From: Candidatus Saccharimonadota bacterium | GTDB taxonomy: Bacteria; Pseudomonadota; Gammaproteobacteria; Enterobacterales; Enterobacteriaceae | Assembly (NCBI RefSeq): GCF_000090965.1 | Contig: NC_008513.1 | Location: 240,001 to 272,000 of the forward strand | Direction: 5' to 3' | DNA: 32,000 bases | Shown: piece after piece, positions 15,791-26,633 of the stretch | Layout of the letters: each line of letters begins with the position of its first letter | How positions within the stretch are numbered: position 1 is the first letter of the stretch | Translations under genes and position numbers: made by a program | Notes under the pieces: generated by a model | What the model was told of the DNA's origin: nothing | The model's input: only the letters and a program-made list of their open reading frames with translations | Database searches by the model: none

Positions 15791-18658
15791 TTAAATTTTT
15801 TTTAATAATATTTTTTTTTGATAATTAATTTTTTTTAAAATACTATAATTTCTTTTTAACAAACTTCTTTTTTCTTTAATTAAATTTGAAGGAGCATGAA
15901 TTAAAAAATTAGTATTTAAAAATTGAGTTTTTAATATTTTAATTTGTTTTTCAAGAAAAATAATTTTTTTATTTAAACGTTTTAATTCTAAATCAACATT
16001 TAAAAAAGAATTAATAGGAATAAATATTTCCATATTATCAATAAATCGAACAATGGATGATGGAAGATTAGAAATTTTATTAATTTCAATAATTAATTTT
16101 AAATAAGCTATTTTTTTTAAAAAAATATTATTTTCTTGTAAAAAAATTTTTTTATTAAATGGAATATTTTTTAAATAAATTATTAATAAAGTTGTTCGAG
16201 AAACTCTAGTATCTAACCGAACACAGCGAAGAATAGAAATAATTTTTTGAAACCAATTCATAAATTTTTTAATATATATATTATTTAATCCTATATTATA
16301 TATAGGAAAAGAATTCATAATTATTTTTGAATTAAATTTTTTATTTAATTTTTGTAACATTTTCCAAATATATATACTAATATATGGCATAATTGGATGT
16401 ATCAATAGTATAATTTTTCTTAATAAAATACATAATGTATTTTTAATTGAATTAATTTCACAATTAAAACCATTTTTAAAAATAGGTTTAATCATTTCTA
16501 AATATTGATCACAAAATTTGTTCCATATAAATTTATATAATACAACTGAAATATTATCAAATCTAAATTTTTTAAAAAAAAAATGATATTTTTTAATAAC
16601 ATCATTTAATTCAATTAAAATCCATTTATCTATTAAAGTAAAAGAAAAATTCTTCTTAAATACATGTTTACTAATATTTTTAATAACAAAACGACTCGCA
16701 TTCCATATTTTATTACAAAAGTTTTGAAAACCTTTCAAACGATTCATATCCCAACTAATATTTCTACTAGTAGATGCTAAGGATAAAAAAGTATAACGTA
16801 ATGCATCCACACTATGTTTAGAAATTCCGTCTGGAAAATTTTTTTTAGTACTTAATTTTATCTGTTTTATCTTTTTTTCATTAAAAGAATTATTTATTCT
16901 TTTATGAATTAAATCAGATAAATGAATTCCATTTACCATATCTATTGGATCTAGTGTATTTCCAAAAGATTTAGACATTTTTTTTCCTAATTCATCTCGT
17001 ATTAATCCAGTAATATATATTTTTTTAAAAGGAATTTGAGGATTTCCATTTTTATCTTTTATGATATGCATTGTAATCATAATCATTCGAGAAATCCAAA
17101 AAAATATAATATCAAAACCACATACTAAAATATTAGTAGGATGAAAATCATTAAATTTTTTAATATCTATAGGCCAACCTAATCCAGCAAAAGTCCATAA
17201 ACTAGAAGAAAACCAGGTGTCTAAAACATCAGGATCTTGATAAAGAAAAACGTCATTCTTTAAAAAATATTTTTTTCTAACTGATGATTCATTTTTTCCA
17301 ACATATATATTATTTTTCTTATCATACCATACTGGAATTTGATGTCCCCACCATAATTGACGTGAAATACACCAATCTTGAATATTATACATCCAAGATA
17401 AATACATATTTTTATATTGTTTAGGTATAAATTTAATTTTTTTTTCTTCTATAGCTGTAATAGCAATTTTAGCTAATGATTTAGTACTTAAATACCATTG
17501 ATTAGTTAACATGGGTTCTAAAATTGTTTTACTACGATCACCATAAGGTATTCCTATTTTATAAGAAACAGATTTTTTTAAAAAATTTGTTTTTTTTAAT
17601 TTTGAAAGTATAATTTTTCTTGCAATAAAACGATCTTTATTTTGCAAATCTTTAGGGATATCAGAATCAAAAATATTTGTTTTTTTTCCCGTATAATCAA
17701 AAATATTTAATTTTTTTAATATTTTTCCGTTTTTTTTAAAAATATTAATCATTGGCAATTTATTACGTACTCCAATAGAATAATCATTAAAATCATGAGC
17801 TGGAGTAATTTTCATGCATCCTGTTCCTTTCTTAATATCTATATTAATATCACTAATTATAGGAATAATTCGATTAATAATAGGAACATAAACTAAAGAT
17901 CCAATATATTTTTTATATCTTATATCATTAGGATTAACAGCTAAAGCAGTATCTCCTAATAATGTTTCTGGGCGTGTTGTAGCAATAACAATATATTTTT
18001 CATATAAGTTTTTTTTATTTTTTTTTTTTACAAAAAAATACTTAATATACCACATAGTATTATTACTAATTTTATTTTCTACTTCTAAATCAGAAATCAC
18101 AGTTTTTAATTGTGTATCCCAATATACTAATTTCTTACTTCTATATATTAAACCATCTTCATATAATTTTATAAACACTTTATTAACAGCAATAGAAAAA
18201 TTTGAATCTAATGTAAAACGTGTTTTTTTCCAATCAATTAAAAGACCAAGTCGTTTAATTTGATTAAACATAATCAATTCAGATTTTTTTTTCCAATCTA
18301 AAATTTTTTTTACAAATTCTTTTCTTGTATATAAATTTTTATTTTTTCCTTCTTTATGTAATAAATAACGTTCTACTACCATTTGTGTAGCAATTCCAGC
18401 ATGATCTGTACCCATTTGTAATAATGTGTTTCTTTTACACATGTGTTTATATCGTATTAAAACATCCATAATAGTCTGTTGAAACGCATGACCCATATGT
18501 AAAGAACCAGTTATATTAGGGGGTGGAACCATAATACAAAAACTTTTTCCTTTAAAATAATAATTTTTATGAAAAAAAAAATTATTATCATTACAATATT
18601 TTTGTACTTTTTTTTCTATAACATCGAAATCATAATTTTTTTTCATAATTTTCTTCAA
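15791..18658 (-). CDS. valS: Valine--tRNA ligase
   Basis: 955 aa (E. coli 951). HIGH region PPPNITGSLHMGHAF, CP1/editing region TTRPETLLGDTA.AVNP, DWCISRQLWWGHQIP, KMSKS region GKKMSKSFGN, C-terminal coiled-coil. The start may be Met5. Confidence 0.96.
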   Translation of the reverse strand: MKKIMKKNYDFDVIEKKVQKYCNDNNFFFHKNYYFKGKSFCIMVPPPNITGSLHMGHAFQQTIMDVLIRYKHMCKRNTLLQMGTDHAGIATQMVVERYLLHKEGKNKNLYTRKEFVKKILDWKKKSELIMFNQIKRLGLLIDWKKTRFTLDSNFSIAVNKVFIKLYEDGLIYRSKKLVYWDTQLKTVISDLEVENKISNNTMWYIKYFFVKKKNKKNLYEKYIVIATTRPETLLGDTALAVNPNDIRYKKYIGSLVYVPIINRIIPIISDINIDIKKGTGCMKITPAHDFNDYSIGVRNKLPMINIFKKNGKILKKLNIFDYTGKKTNIFDSDIPKDLQNKDRFIARKIILSKLKKTNFLKKSVSYKIGIPYGDRSKTILEPMLTNQWYLSTKSLAKIAITAIEEKKIKFIPKQYKNMYLSWMYNIQDWCISRQLWWGHQIPVWYDKKNNIYVGKNESSVRKKYFLKNDVFLYQDPDVLDTWFSSSLWTFAGLGWPIDIKKFNDFHPTNILVCGFDIIFFWISRMIMITMHIIKDKNGNPQIPFKKIYITGLIRDELGKKMSKSFGNTLDPIDMVNGIHLSDLIHKRINNSFNEKKIKQIKLSTKKNFPDGISKHSVDALRYTFLSLASTSRNISWDMNRLKGFQNFCNKIWNASRFVIKNISKHVFKKNFSFTLIDKWILIELNDVIKKYHFFFKKFRFDNISVVLYKFIWNKFCDQYLEMIKPIFKNGFNCEINSIKNTLCILLRKIILLIHPIMPYISIYIWKMLQKLNKKFNSKIIMNSFPIYNIGLNNIYIKKFMNWFQKIISILRCVRLDTRVSRTTLLIIYLKNIPFNKKIFLQENNIFLKKIAYLKLIIEINKISNLPSSIVRFIDNMEIFIPINSFLNVDLELKRLNKKIIFLEKQIKILKTQFLNTNFLIHAPSNLIKEKRSLLKRNYSILKKINYQKKILLKKI

Positions 18659-19089
18659 TAAGAAATATTTATCTAAAATAAAATAAAAAATTTTATTATA
18701 AATAATTTAATTTATAAAAATATTAAAAAATTTATTTTTATACAATAAACATGATTTAATAATTATTAATATAAATATATTTAAAAAATATTTGTATATT
18801 AATATTTTAAATATTTAATTAAAAAAAAATTTTCAAAAACAATTTTAACATTTTTTTATAAATAAAAAAAATAATTTTTTATTAAAAATAATATATGTTT
18901 ATGTATATTTTAAAAAAAAATTTAATAAATTAAATTGTTTTTTTTAATAAAACATTTGTTTATAAAAATATATAATTAAAATATAATATATTTATTTATA
19001 AAATAATTATTTTTTAAATTTTATAAAATTCTTTAATATTTAAATTATTAATAAATTTTTAATAATATATTTATATATGAGATATATAC

Positions 19090-20091
19090 ATGAATACAAT
19101 TTATAAAAAAAGTTTTTTAAAATTATCAGATCTTAATTACCAAGAAATTATTTATTTAATTAAATTATCAAAATTTTTTAAAAAAAAAAAAAAAGATAAA
19201 AAGGAAAAAAAATATTTAAAAGGAAAAAATATAGTATTAATTTTTGAAAAACAATCTACTAGAACTAGATGTGCATTTGAAGTAGCTGCTTACGATCAAG
19301 GAGCTAATACAACTTATTTAAGTCCTACAGATACACATATGGGATATAAAGAATCAATTCATGATACTGCTAAAGTATTAGGAAAAATGTATGATGGAAT
19401 ACAATATCGAGGTTATCATGATAATATTCTTAAAAAAATACAAAAATATTCAAAAATACCTGTTTGGAATGGATTAACTAATACATTTCATCCTACTCAA
19501 ATTTTAGCAGATCTATTAACTATGACTGAAACATTACCAAAAAAATCAATTCAAGAAATTACATGTGCATATATAGGTGATGCTAAAAATAATATCGCAA
19601 ATACATTATTAGAAGCTGCTAATATAACTGGATTAAAATTAAATATAATCTCTCCAGAAAACTATTGGCCTAAAAAAAATATTAGAGATATAAAAAATAA
19701 AAAAAATATACTTTATACTAAAAATATAGAAAAAGGCGTATATAAAGTAGATTTTATTTATACTGATGTATGGGTGTCTATGGGAGATAAATCAATGAAA
19801 TGGAAAAAAAAAATAAAAGAATTATATGATTATCAAGTTAACCAAAAAATGTTGAATATGACAAAAAATTCAAATGTAAAAATACTTCATTGTCTTCCTG
19901 CTTTACATGATAAAGAATCTACATTAGGATTAAAAATACATAAAAAATATAATTTAAAAAATGGATTAGAAATTTCTAATAATGTTTTTTTTTCTAAAAA
20001 AAATCTTTGTTTTGAACAATCAGAAAATAGATTACATACAATTAAAGCCTTATTAGTTTCATGTTTGCATAAAAAAAAAATTTTAATATAA
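19090..20091 (+). CDS. argI: Ornithine carbamoyltransferase
   Basis: 333 aa (E. coli 334). FEKQSTRTRCAFEVAA, HPTQILADLLT, YIGDAKNN, DVWVSMG, HCLPA. Confidence 0.92.
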   Translation: MNTIYKKSFLKLSDLNYQEIIYLIKLSKFFKKKKKDKKEKKYLKGKNIVLIFEKQSTRTRCAFEVAAYDQGANTTYLSPTDTHMGYKESIHDTAKVLGKMYDGIQYRGYHDNILKKIQKYSKIPVWNGLTNTFHPTQILADLLTMTETLPKKSIQEITCAYIGDAKNNIANTLLEAANITGLKLNIISPENYWPKKNIRDIKNKKNILYTKNIEKGVYKVDFIYTDVWVSMGDKSMKWKKKIKELYDYQVNQKMLNMTKNSNVKILHCLPALHDKESTLGLKIHKKYNLKNGLEISNNVFFSKKNLCFEQSENRLHTIKALLVSCLHKKKILI

Positions 20092-20142
20092 AATATTCAT
20101 TTATATATTTGGATATAATATAATAATATAAAAGAGAAACTT

Positions 20143-20508
20143 ATGTTTAAAAAAAATATAGTATTTGGTCCTTATTCACCTTGTATAAAAATTAATAATT
20201 TATTTTTCTTTTCTGGGCAAATTCCTATATGTTTAAAAACAGGATTAATGCCTAAAAATTTATCTGAACAAACTATTTTAACATTAAAAAACATTAAAAG
20301 ATTATTATATAAAAATAAATTAAATATAAAAAACATAATTAAAACTACTATTTTTACAACAAATATGGATAAATTAAATGAAATTAATTTATCCTATAAA
20401 AATTTTTTTAAAAAATATACTAATGTATATCCTGCACGATCATGTATTGGCATATCAAAATTACCTAAAAAAGCAAAAATAGAAATAGAAGTAATAGCAG
20501 CTTTATGA
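20143..20508 (+). CDS. ridA: RidA/YjgF-family reactive-intermediate deaminase
   Basis: 121 aa. GPYSPCIKINNLFFFSGQIP, NIIKTTIFT, YPARSCIGISKLPKKAKIEIEVIA is collinear with E. coli RidA (FPARSCVEVARLPKDVKIEIEAIA). Confidence 0.87.
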   Translation: MFKKNIVFGPYSPCIKINNLFFFSGQIPICLKTGLMPKNLSEQTILTLKNIKRLLYKNKLNIKNIIKTTIFTTNMDKLNEINLSYKNFFKKYTNVYPARSCIGISKLPKKAKIEIEVIAAL

Positions 20509-20514
20509 AATAAA

Positions 20515-20533
20515 TATGCCACTTAGTGGCATA
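20515..20533. terminator. Candidate bidirectional terminator hairpin between convergent ridA and deaD
   Basis: tatgccac (20515-20522) tta gtggcata (20526-20533) forms an 8-bp stem containing 4 G:C pairs. It is the only GC-containing structure in the 93-bp convergent spacer. It has a T-rich flank on the minus strand (tttatttc) and ..tatttt further out on the plus strand. Confidence 0.45.
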
Positions 20534-20601
20534 AAATTGATATTTTAAAAAATAAAAATATATAATTCAATTTTATAAAAAAAATAAAAAACAAATTAAT
20601 T

Positions 20602-22332
20602 TTATATTCTTTTACTTTTTATAAATTTTCTTCTTTTATTTTCTTTTATTTGAACAACAGATGACATTAATTTTATATTTATTGGTTTATTTAAAATACG
20701 TGTATGTAATAAACGTGTAAATAAATGTTTTGAATAACTTTTTGGTAATTCAATAGTGGAATAATTAGAAAAAAGTCTAATATTTCCAATTAATCTACTG
20801 CTAATATCACCTTCATTTGCTATAGCTCCTACAATATGACGAACTTCTACTCTATCATTACGACCTATATCAATACGATATAAAATCATATCTTCCATCT
20901 TTTTATAATTTTTATTAGATTTATTGTTTAAAAATCTTCTATTATTTGTATATTTTTTTTGATTATTAAACGAAATAAAAGAATTTCTTTTAAAAGAAAG
21001 AGGAGAAGATTTTTTATCAGGTGGAATAATAAGGGGTCTTTCATTTTGAACTAATTTTAATAATGCTGCAGATAAATTTTCAAAATTCCAACCATCTTTT
21101 AATTTTAATTTTGATAATAATGATTTATATAATTTTAAATTTTTATTATTTAATTGTTCCTGAATTTTATTTGAAATATTTTGTAATCTTTTTTCTATTA
21201 GAATTTCAGATTTAGGTAATTGAATTTCATGAATAGGATGTTTAATGATTCTTTCAATATTTTTTAATAATCTATATTCTCTATATTCAACAAATAACAA
21301 TGCACGACCAGTTCTACCAGCTCTACCAGTTCTACCGATTCTATGCACATATGATTCTGCATCAGTAGGAATATCATAATTAATAACAAAACTAATTCTA
21401 TCAACATCTAAACCTCTAGCTGCAACATCAGTAGCTATTAAAATATCTAATTTACCATTTTTTAAACGTTCTAAAGTTTGTTCTCGTAATACTTGATTCA
21501 TATCACCATTTAAAGCAGCACTATTGTATCCGTTTTTTTCTAATGCTTCTGATACTTCTAAAGTAGCATTTTTTGTACGAACAAAAATTATAGTAGCAGA
21601 AAAATCTTCTACTTCTAAAAATCGAATTAAAGCATCAGTTTTTCTTCCTCTTACAATCCAATAACTTTGTTGAATGTCGGGACGAGTAATACCAGTAGAT
21701 TGTATTTTTATTTCTTTTGGAGTATTCATAAATCTTCTAGATATTCTACGAATAATATTAGGCATAGTAGCTGAAAATAATGCTGTCTGATGTTTTCGAG
21801 GTATTTTTGACATTATAGTTTCAACATCTTCTATAAAACCCATACGTAACATTTCATCAGCTTCATCTAAAACAAGACTAGAAAGATGAATTAAACTTAA
21901 AGTTCCTCTTTTTAAATGATCTAATAATCTACCTGGTGTTCCTACAATAATTTGAGGACCTCTTCGTAATGCATGTAACTGTATTTCATATCTTTGACCA
22001 CCATATAAAGCTAATACTTGTGTTCCTATTAAATATTTAGAAAAATCAGAAAATGATTTAGCTACTTGTACAGCTAATTCACGTGTAGGAACTAATACTA
22101 AAATTTGTGGAAATTTTAAAGAAATATTAATATTATTTAATAAAGGTAAAGCAAAAGCTGCAGTTTTTCCACTACCTGTTTGAGCCATTCCTAAAACATC
22201 TTTTCCTGATAATAAATAAGGAATACAAGCAGATTGAATAGGAGAAGGTTTTTCATAACCTAATATTTTAAGAGATTTTAATAAAAAAGAATTTAATCCA
22301 AAAACAGAAAATGAGAGATGAATTTGTGTCAT
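20602..22332 (-). CDS. deaD: Cold-shock DEAD-box RNA helicase DeaD (CsdA)
   Basis: 576 aa. Q-motif/[54 protein letters not shown], plus a DbpA-like C-terminal region ([20 protein letters not shown]). Confidence 0.96.
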   Translation of the reverse strand: MTQIHLSFSVFGLNSFLLKSLKILGYEKPSPIQSACIPYLLSGKDVLGMAQTGSGKTAAFALPLLNNINISLKFPQILVLVPTRELAVQVAKSFSDFSKYLIGTQVLALYGGQRYEIQLHALRRGPQIIVGTPGRLLDHLKRGTLSLIHLSSLVLDEADEMLRMGFIEDVETIMSKIPRKHQTALFSATMPNIIRRISRRFMNTPKEIKIQSTGITRPDIQQSYWIVRGRKTDALIRFLEVEDFSATIIFVRTKNATLEVSEALEKNGYNSAALNGDMNQVLREQTLERLKNGKLDILIATDVAARGLDVDRISFVINYDIPTDAESYVHRIGRTGRAGRTGRALLFVEYREYRLLKNIERIIKHPIHEIQLPKSEILIEKRLQNISNKIQEQLNNKNLKLYKSLLSKLKLKDGWNFENLSAALLKLVQNERPLIIPPDKKSSPLSFKRNSFISFNNQKKYTNNRRFLNNKSNKNYKKMEDMILYRIDIGRNDRVEVRHIVGAIANEGDISSRLIGNIRLFSNYSTIELPKSYSKHLFTRLLHTRILNKPINIKLMSSVVQIKENKRRKFIKSKRI

Positions 22333-22476
22333 TCAGAGTATAAGCCTCTTATTTTTGCAACAATGGCCAGTCTACAATTCATATTTTTATAAAATATAAA
22401 ATATATTTTTTATTTAAAAGTATACCGGCTAAATTGAATGTATATAAATTTTTAAAAAAACAAAAGTAATTTTAAT

Positions 22477-22531
22477 AAAAAAAAATTTTATTAAAATTCT
22501 TAATGTTTTTTAATAAATTCATTAAGAATTT
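22477..22531 (-). terminator. Possible terminator downstream of pnp
   Basis: 12-bp perfect inverted repeat aaattcttaatg (22494-22505) / cattaagaattt (22520-22531) with a 14-nt loop, about 80 nt after the pnp stop. On the minus strand a T9 run follows after an 8-nt gap, which is non-canonical spacing. The stem is mostly A/T. Confidence 0.3.
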
Positions 22532-22613
22532 ATTATACAATAAAATTATCTAATAAGATAGTACATATATTTTATTCAAAATATAAACAAATTTTTTTTA
22601 AAAAATATAAATT

Positions 22614-24695
22614 TTAAATATTCTTCATACTTAATCTTATTCGACCTTGTCGATCAACCTCTAAAACTTTTACAAAAATAATTTGATTAATTTTTAAATG
22701 ATTTATCACTTTATCAATTCTTTTATTAGAAATTTGAGAAATATGAATTAATCCTTCTTTACCAAATCCGATAGAAACAAAAGCTCCAAAATCTAAAATT
22801 CTTGTAACTTTTCCTGAATAAATTTTTCCTATTTGTATATCTTCAGTGATTTCTTGTATTCTTTTAATTGCATATTTAGCTTTTTCACCATTAATTGCAG
22901 AAATTTTTACTATTCCATCATCTTTAATTTCAATAACAGTACCAGTTTCTTCTGTCAGCATTCTAATAATTGAACCTCCTTTTCCAATAACATCTTTTAT
23001 TTTTTCTGGATTTATTTTTATAGTATAAATTCTAGGAGCAAATTTTGAAATATCACTTCTAGGAATTTGTAAAGTATTTTCCATAATATCTAATATTTTT
23101 AATCTAGCTGATTTTGCTTGATATAAAGCAGATCTAATAATATCACTAGTAATTCCAGAAACTTTAATATCCATTTGTAAAGCAGTAATACCTAATCTAC
23201 TTCCTGATACTTTAAAATCCATATCACCTAAATAATCTTCATCACCTAATATATCAGAAAGAATTATATAAGAATCATTTTCTTTAATTAAACCCATTGC
23301 AATTCCAGCAATTGCGGATTTAATAGGAACTCCAGCATCCATTAAAGCTAAAGATGCACCACAAACAGAAGCCATAGAAGAAGATCCATTAGATTCAGTT
23401 ATTTCAGATACTAAACGAATTGTATATGGAAAATCTTCAATATTTGGCATAACAGCTAAAAAACTGCGTTTAGCTAACTTACCATGTCCTATTTCTCTTC
23501 TTTTTGGAGATCCTACTATTCCTATTTCTCCTACTGAATAAGGTGGAAAATTATAATGAAATAAAAAATTATCTGTTCTGTCTCCTAATAAATCATCTAA
23601 ATTTTGTGCATCTCGAGATGTCCCTAAGGTTGCTGATACTAAAGCTTGTGTTTCTCCTCGAGTAAAAAGAGCAGATCCGTGAACTCTTGGTAATATACCT
23701 GTTCTTACATCTATTTTTCTAACCTCATTGTTGATACGACCATCTATTCTTAATTTTCCTTTTAAAATACGTTTTCTTACAATATTACGTTCTAAAAAAT
23801 AAATACTTTCTTCAATTTTTGAACTAGTTAATTGACTATCGTTGTTTAATAATTCTGAAGTAACTTTTTGTTTAATATCATTTAATTTTTTTAATCTCTC
23901 TTTTTTCTTTAAAATATAATATGCTTTATTAATGTCTTTTTTTATTTTTTTAGAAATTAAATTAAATATCTGTTTATCAGGTTTATAAATATTTTTATAT
24001 ATATTTGGTATTTTATTTGCTTTATCAGAAAACAAATAAATATTATCAATTAACGATTGTTGAGATTCATGACCAAATAATATAGCATTTAAAATATTAT
24101 CTTCAGACAATATGCTAGCTTCAGCTTCTACCATAAAAATAGTATTTTTAGTTCCAGAAACTACTAAATCTAAACTACTTTTTTTTATTTTTTCTATAGA
24201 AGGATTTAAAATATATTTATTATTTAAAAAACCAATACGAGCTGCACCAATAGGACCTAAGAAAGGTAATCCTGATAAACATAATGCTGCAGATGAACCA
24301 ATTATAGAAATAATATCAGGATTAATTTGTGGATTTACAGAAATAACTGTTGCAATAATTTGCACTTCATATAAAAAATCTTTAGGAAATAAAGGTCTAA
24401 TTGGTCTATCAATCAATCGAGAAATTAAAATTTCATTTTCACTAGGTCGTCCTTCACGACGAAAAAATCCACCGGGTATTCTACCAGCAGCATAAGTTCG
24501 TTCTTGATAATTTACTACTAAAGGAAAAAATTTTTGCCCAGGAATAGTAGTATTATCACTAACAATAGTTATTAATACTGTAGTATCATCCATACTTGCT
24601 AAAACTGAAGCAGTAGCTTGTCGAGCTATTACTCCGGTTTCTAAAATAATATTATGTTTTCCATACTTAAATTTATGTATAATTGGTTTTAACAA
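22614..24695 (-). CDS. pnp: Polyribonucleotide nucleotidyltransferase (PNPase)
   Basis: 693 aa (E. coli 711). Two RNase PH domains ([48 protein letters not shown]), KH (IGKGGSIIR) and S1 ([13 protein letters not shown]) domains. Confidence 0.96.
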   Translation of the reverse strand: MLKPIIHKFKYGKHNIILETGVIARQATASVLASMDDTTVLITIVSDNTTIPGQKFFPLVVNYQERTYAAGRIPGGFFRREGRPSENEILISRLIDRPIRPLFPKDFLYEVQIIATVISVNPQINPDIISIIGSSAALCLSGLPFLGPIGAARIGFLNNKYILNPSIEKIKKSSLDLVVSGTKNTIFMVEAEASILSEDNILNAILFGHESQQSLIDNIYLFSDKANKIPNIYKNIYKPDKQIFNLISKKIKKDINKAYYILKKKERLKKLNDIKQKVTSELLNNDSQLTSSKIEESIYFLERNIVRKRILKGKLRIDGRINNEVRKIDVRTGILPRVHGSALFTRGETQALVSATLGTSRDAQNLDDLLGDRTDNFLFHYNFPPYSVGEIGIVGSPKRREIGHGKLAKRSFLAVMPNIEDFPYTIRLVSEITESNGSSSMASVCGASLALMDAGVPIKSAIAGIAMGLIKENDSYIILSDILGDEDYLGDMDFKVSGSRLGITALQMDIKVSGITSDIIRSALYQAKSARLKILDIMENTLQIPRSDISKFAPRIYTIKINPEKIKDVIGKGGSIIRMLTEETGTVIEIKDDGIVKISAINGEKAKYAIKRIQEITEDIQIGKIYSGKVTRILDFGAFVSIGFGKEGLIHISQISNKRIDKVINHLKINQIIFVKVLEVDRQGRIRLSMKNI

Positions 24696-24796
24696 AATTA
24701 ATATCCTTAAAATAAAATAATTTGAAAATATATTTATATCTATTAAAAAATTTTTAATAATAAATTTATTTATTTAAATAAAAAATAACCTAAATA

Positions 24797-24829
24797 TATA
24801 GAAAAAAGCTATATTAGCTCTTTTCTATA
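24797..24829 (-). promoter_or_regulatory. rpsO terminator / pnp-leader stem-loop
   Basis: tatagaaaa (24797-24805) pairs with ttttctata (24821-24829). After one mismatch an inner agct/agct 4-bp extension follows, with a 5-nt loop. On the minus strand it lies 62-94 nt after the rpsO stop and is followed by tatttaggttatttttt. The position matches the E. coli rpsO t1 terminator and RNase III-processed pnp leader region. Confidence 0.5.
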
Positions 24830-24890
24830 AATAAAATTTATACTCAATTTATTAATAAAAATTTATTAATATAAATTACTTTACATAAAA

Positions 24891-25160
24891 TTAATGACGT
24901 AAACCTAATTTTTTAATTAGAAAAAGATAATTTTCATATTGATTAGATTTTAAGTAATCTAATAATTTTCTACGACGAGAAACCATATTTAATAATCCTT
25001 TTCGACCACAATGATCTTCTTTATGCAATATAAAATGTTTTTGTAAATAATTTATTTTTCTAGTTAATAATGCAATTTGAACAGATGAAGATCCAGTATT
25101 AAGATAAGATTTTCCATATTTCATTACTAAATTCTTTACTTTTAATGTATCTTTTAGCAT
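24891..25160 (-). CDS. rpsO: 30S ribosomal protein S15
   Basis: 89 aa. [40 protein letters not shown]...Y..LI.KLGLR is collinear with E. coli S15. Confidence 0.96.
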   Translation of the reverse strand: MLKDTLKVKNLVMKYGKSYLNTGSSSVQIALLTRKINYLQKHFILHKEDHCGRKGLLNMVSRRRKLLDYLKSNQYENYLFLIKKLGLRH

Positions 25161-25221
25161 ATATATCCTATATTTAATTTGTAATATACTTTATATAAAA
25201 ATATTATTTAAATAATAAAAA

Positions 25222-26157
25222 TTAACTACATAAAACACATTTTGGAGTTAAAATTCCAAATTTATTAATTTTACCTATTCCTAAAAATATATTATTTTTT
25301 TTAGTTATAACTTGAACTAATCCAATAGTAGAAAAGAAATTCAACGCAATCTTTATTTTTTTTTGAAAGTTATTTATATCAGAATGTAATATTTTTATTA
25401 TAGGATACTTAAAAAAAAAAGAACTTACAGGTAATAAAAATGTATTTAACATATTAAACAAATAAAATTTATGTATTTGTTCTATATTTTTATTTTCTAT
25501 AAAATGTAAATTTGATAATGTTACTAATTTTGATGAATTATAAGGTTTTATATATAATCGACGTAAAAAAATTACATGTCCTCCGCAAAATAATTTATTA
25601 CCAATATCATTTACTAAACTTCTTATATAGGTTCCTTTAGAACATATTACTGTAAATTCTAAAAAAGGGTTAACAAATTGAATAAAATTTATTTTATAAA
25701 TAAATAGTTTTCTTTTTTTTCTTGGAACTAAAATTCCTAATCGAGCATATTTATATAATGGAATTCCATTATATTTAATCGCAGAAAACATAGGAGGAAC
25801 TTGATAAATTTCTCCAATAAAAGAATTTAAAATTTTATAAATATCATTAGTATTTATATTAATAGATTTAATTTTTAATTTTTTACCAGATAAATCACCC
25901 GTAGAAGTAGTTTCTCCTAATTTTGCTATAACATGATATTTTTTTGCTGAATCAGTTAAATATTTAGAAAATTTAGTCGCATTACCAAATAAAATGGGTA
26001 ACATTCCTGTAGCCATAGGGTCTAAAGATCCAGTGTATCCAGCTTTTTTAGCTAAAAAAATTTTTTTTATCTGTTGTAATATTCCATTAGAAGAAATACC
26101 TTTTGGTTTATCTAATAATAATATTCCATTATAATTTTTATTATTTTGAAAAACCAT
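25222..26157 (-). CDS. truB: tRNA pseudouridine(55) synthase TruB
   Basis: 311 aa. NGILLLDKPKGISSN, KAGYTGSLDPMATGMLPILFGNATKFSKYL (catalytic Asp motif), YQVPPMFSAIKYNG.PLY, SKGTYIRSL. Confidence 0.92.
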   Translation of the reverse strand: MVFQNNKNYNGILLLDKPKGISSNGILQQIKKIFLAKKAGYTGSLDPMATGMLPILFGNATKFSKYLTDSAKKYHVIAKLGETTSTGDLSGKKLKIKSININTNDIYKILNSFIGEIYQVPPMFSAIKYNGIPLYKYARLGILVPRKKRKLFIYKINFIQFVNPFLEFTVICSKGTYIRSLVNDIGNKLFCGGHVIFLRRLYIKPYNSSKLVTLSNLHFIENKNIEQIHKFYLFNMLNTFLLPVSSFFFKYPIIKILHSDINNFQKKIKIALNFFSTIGLVQVITKKNNIFLGIGKINKFGILTPKCVLCS

Positions 26158-26205
26158 TCATTAACCTATAATATATAATTAGGATATTATTTATTACTAA
26201 ATTAA

Positions 26206-26556
26206 TTAAATATTTTTAATTAATTCAGAAATAAAAATACCATTAATAAGGGAAGTATCATAAACAAAAAATAATTTAGGAACAATACGCAAATATATTT
26301 TTTTATTAAGTAATGAACGAATATATCCAGTTGCATTTTGTAAAATACCTAATATTATTTTAATATTTTTTTTATCATCATAATTAAGAAATGTAATAAA
26401 TACTTTTGCATAACTTAAATCATAAGATAATTTTACTTCTGTAATAGTAATAAAAGAATTTAATCTTGGATCTCTTAAATTTTTTTGAATAATTACAGCA
26501 ATTTCCTTATATAAACTACGTTCTAATCTCATAGATCGACTAAAATCTTTTAACAT
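26206..26556 (-). CDS. rbfA: Ribosome-binding factor A
   Basis: I start the gene at the internal ATG 26556-26554, which is preceded by aggaaa; the ORF track starts 7 codons earlier. MLKDFSRSMRLERSLYKEIAVIIQKNLRDPRL matches E. coli [32 protein letters not shown]. Also DLSYAKVFITFL and LRIVPKLFFVYD. Confidence 0.87.
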   Translation of the reverse strand: MLKDFSRSMRLERSLYKEIAVIIQKNLRDPRLNSFITITEVKLSYDLSYAKVFITFLNYDDKKNIKIILGILQNATGYIRSLLNKKIYLRIVPKLFFVYDTSLINGIFISELIKNI

Positions 26557-26633
26557 AAAATTTCCTAGTAATATCAATATATTTTTATTTTAAAAAAATG
26601 AAGATTTAATTTTTATATTAAAATATAAATATA

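Noticed and set aside
22846-23028. 60-aa ORF antisense to pnp
   Set aside because: It is embedded in the conserved PNPase KH/S1 region on the opposite strand, with a hydrophobic low-complexity translation. It is an artefact of rare stops on the antisense strand.
24112-24495. 127-aa ORF antisense to pnp
   Set aside because: It is fully contained in the first RNase PH domain of pnp, which is strongly conserved on the minus strand. It has no independent start context or motifs. Such a long antisense ORF is expected where the sense codons avoid those whose complement is a stop.
26557-26577. 7-codon N-terminal extension of the rbfA ORF
   Set aside because: Alignment with E. coli RbfA starts at MLKDFSRS (MAKEFGRP). 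An aggaaa SD lies within the extension.
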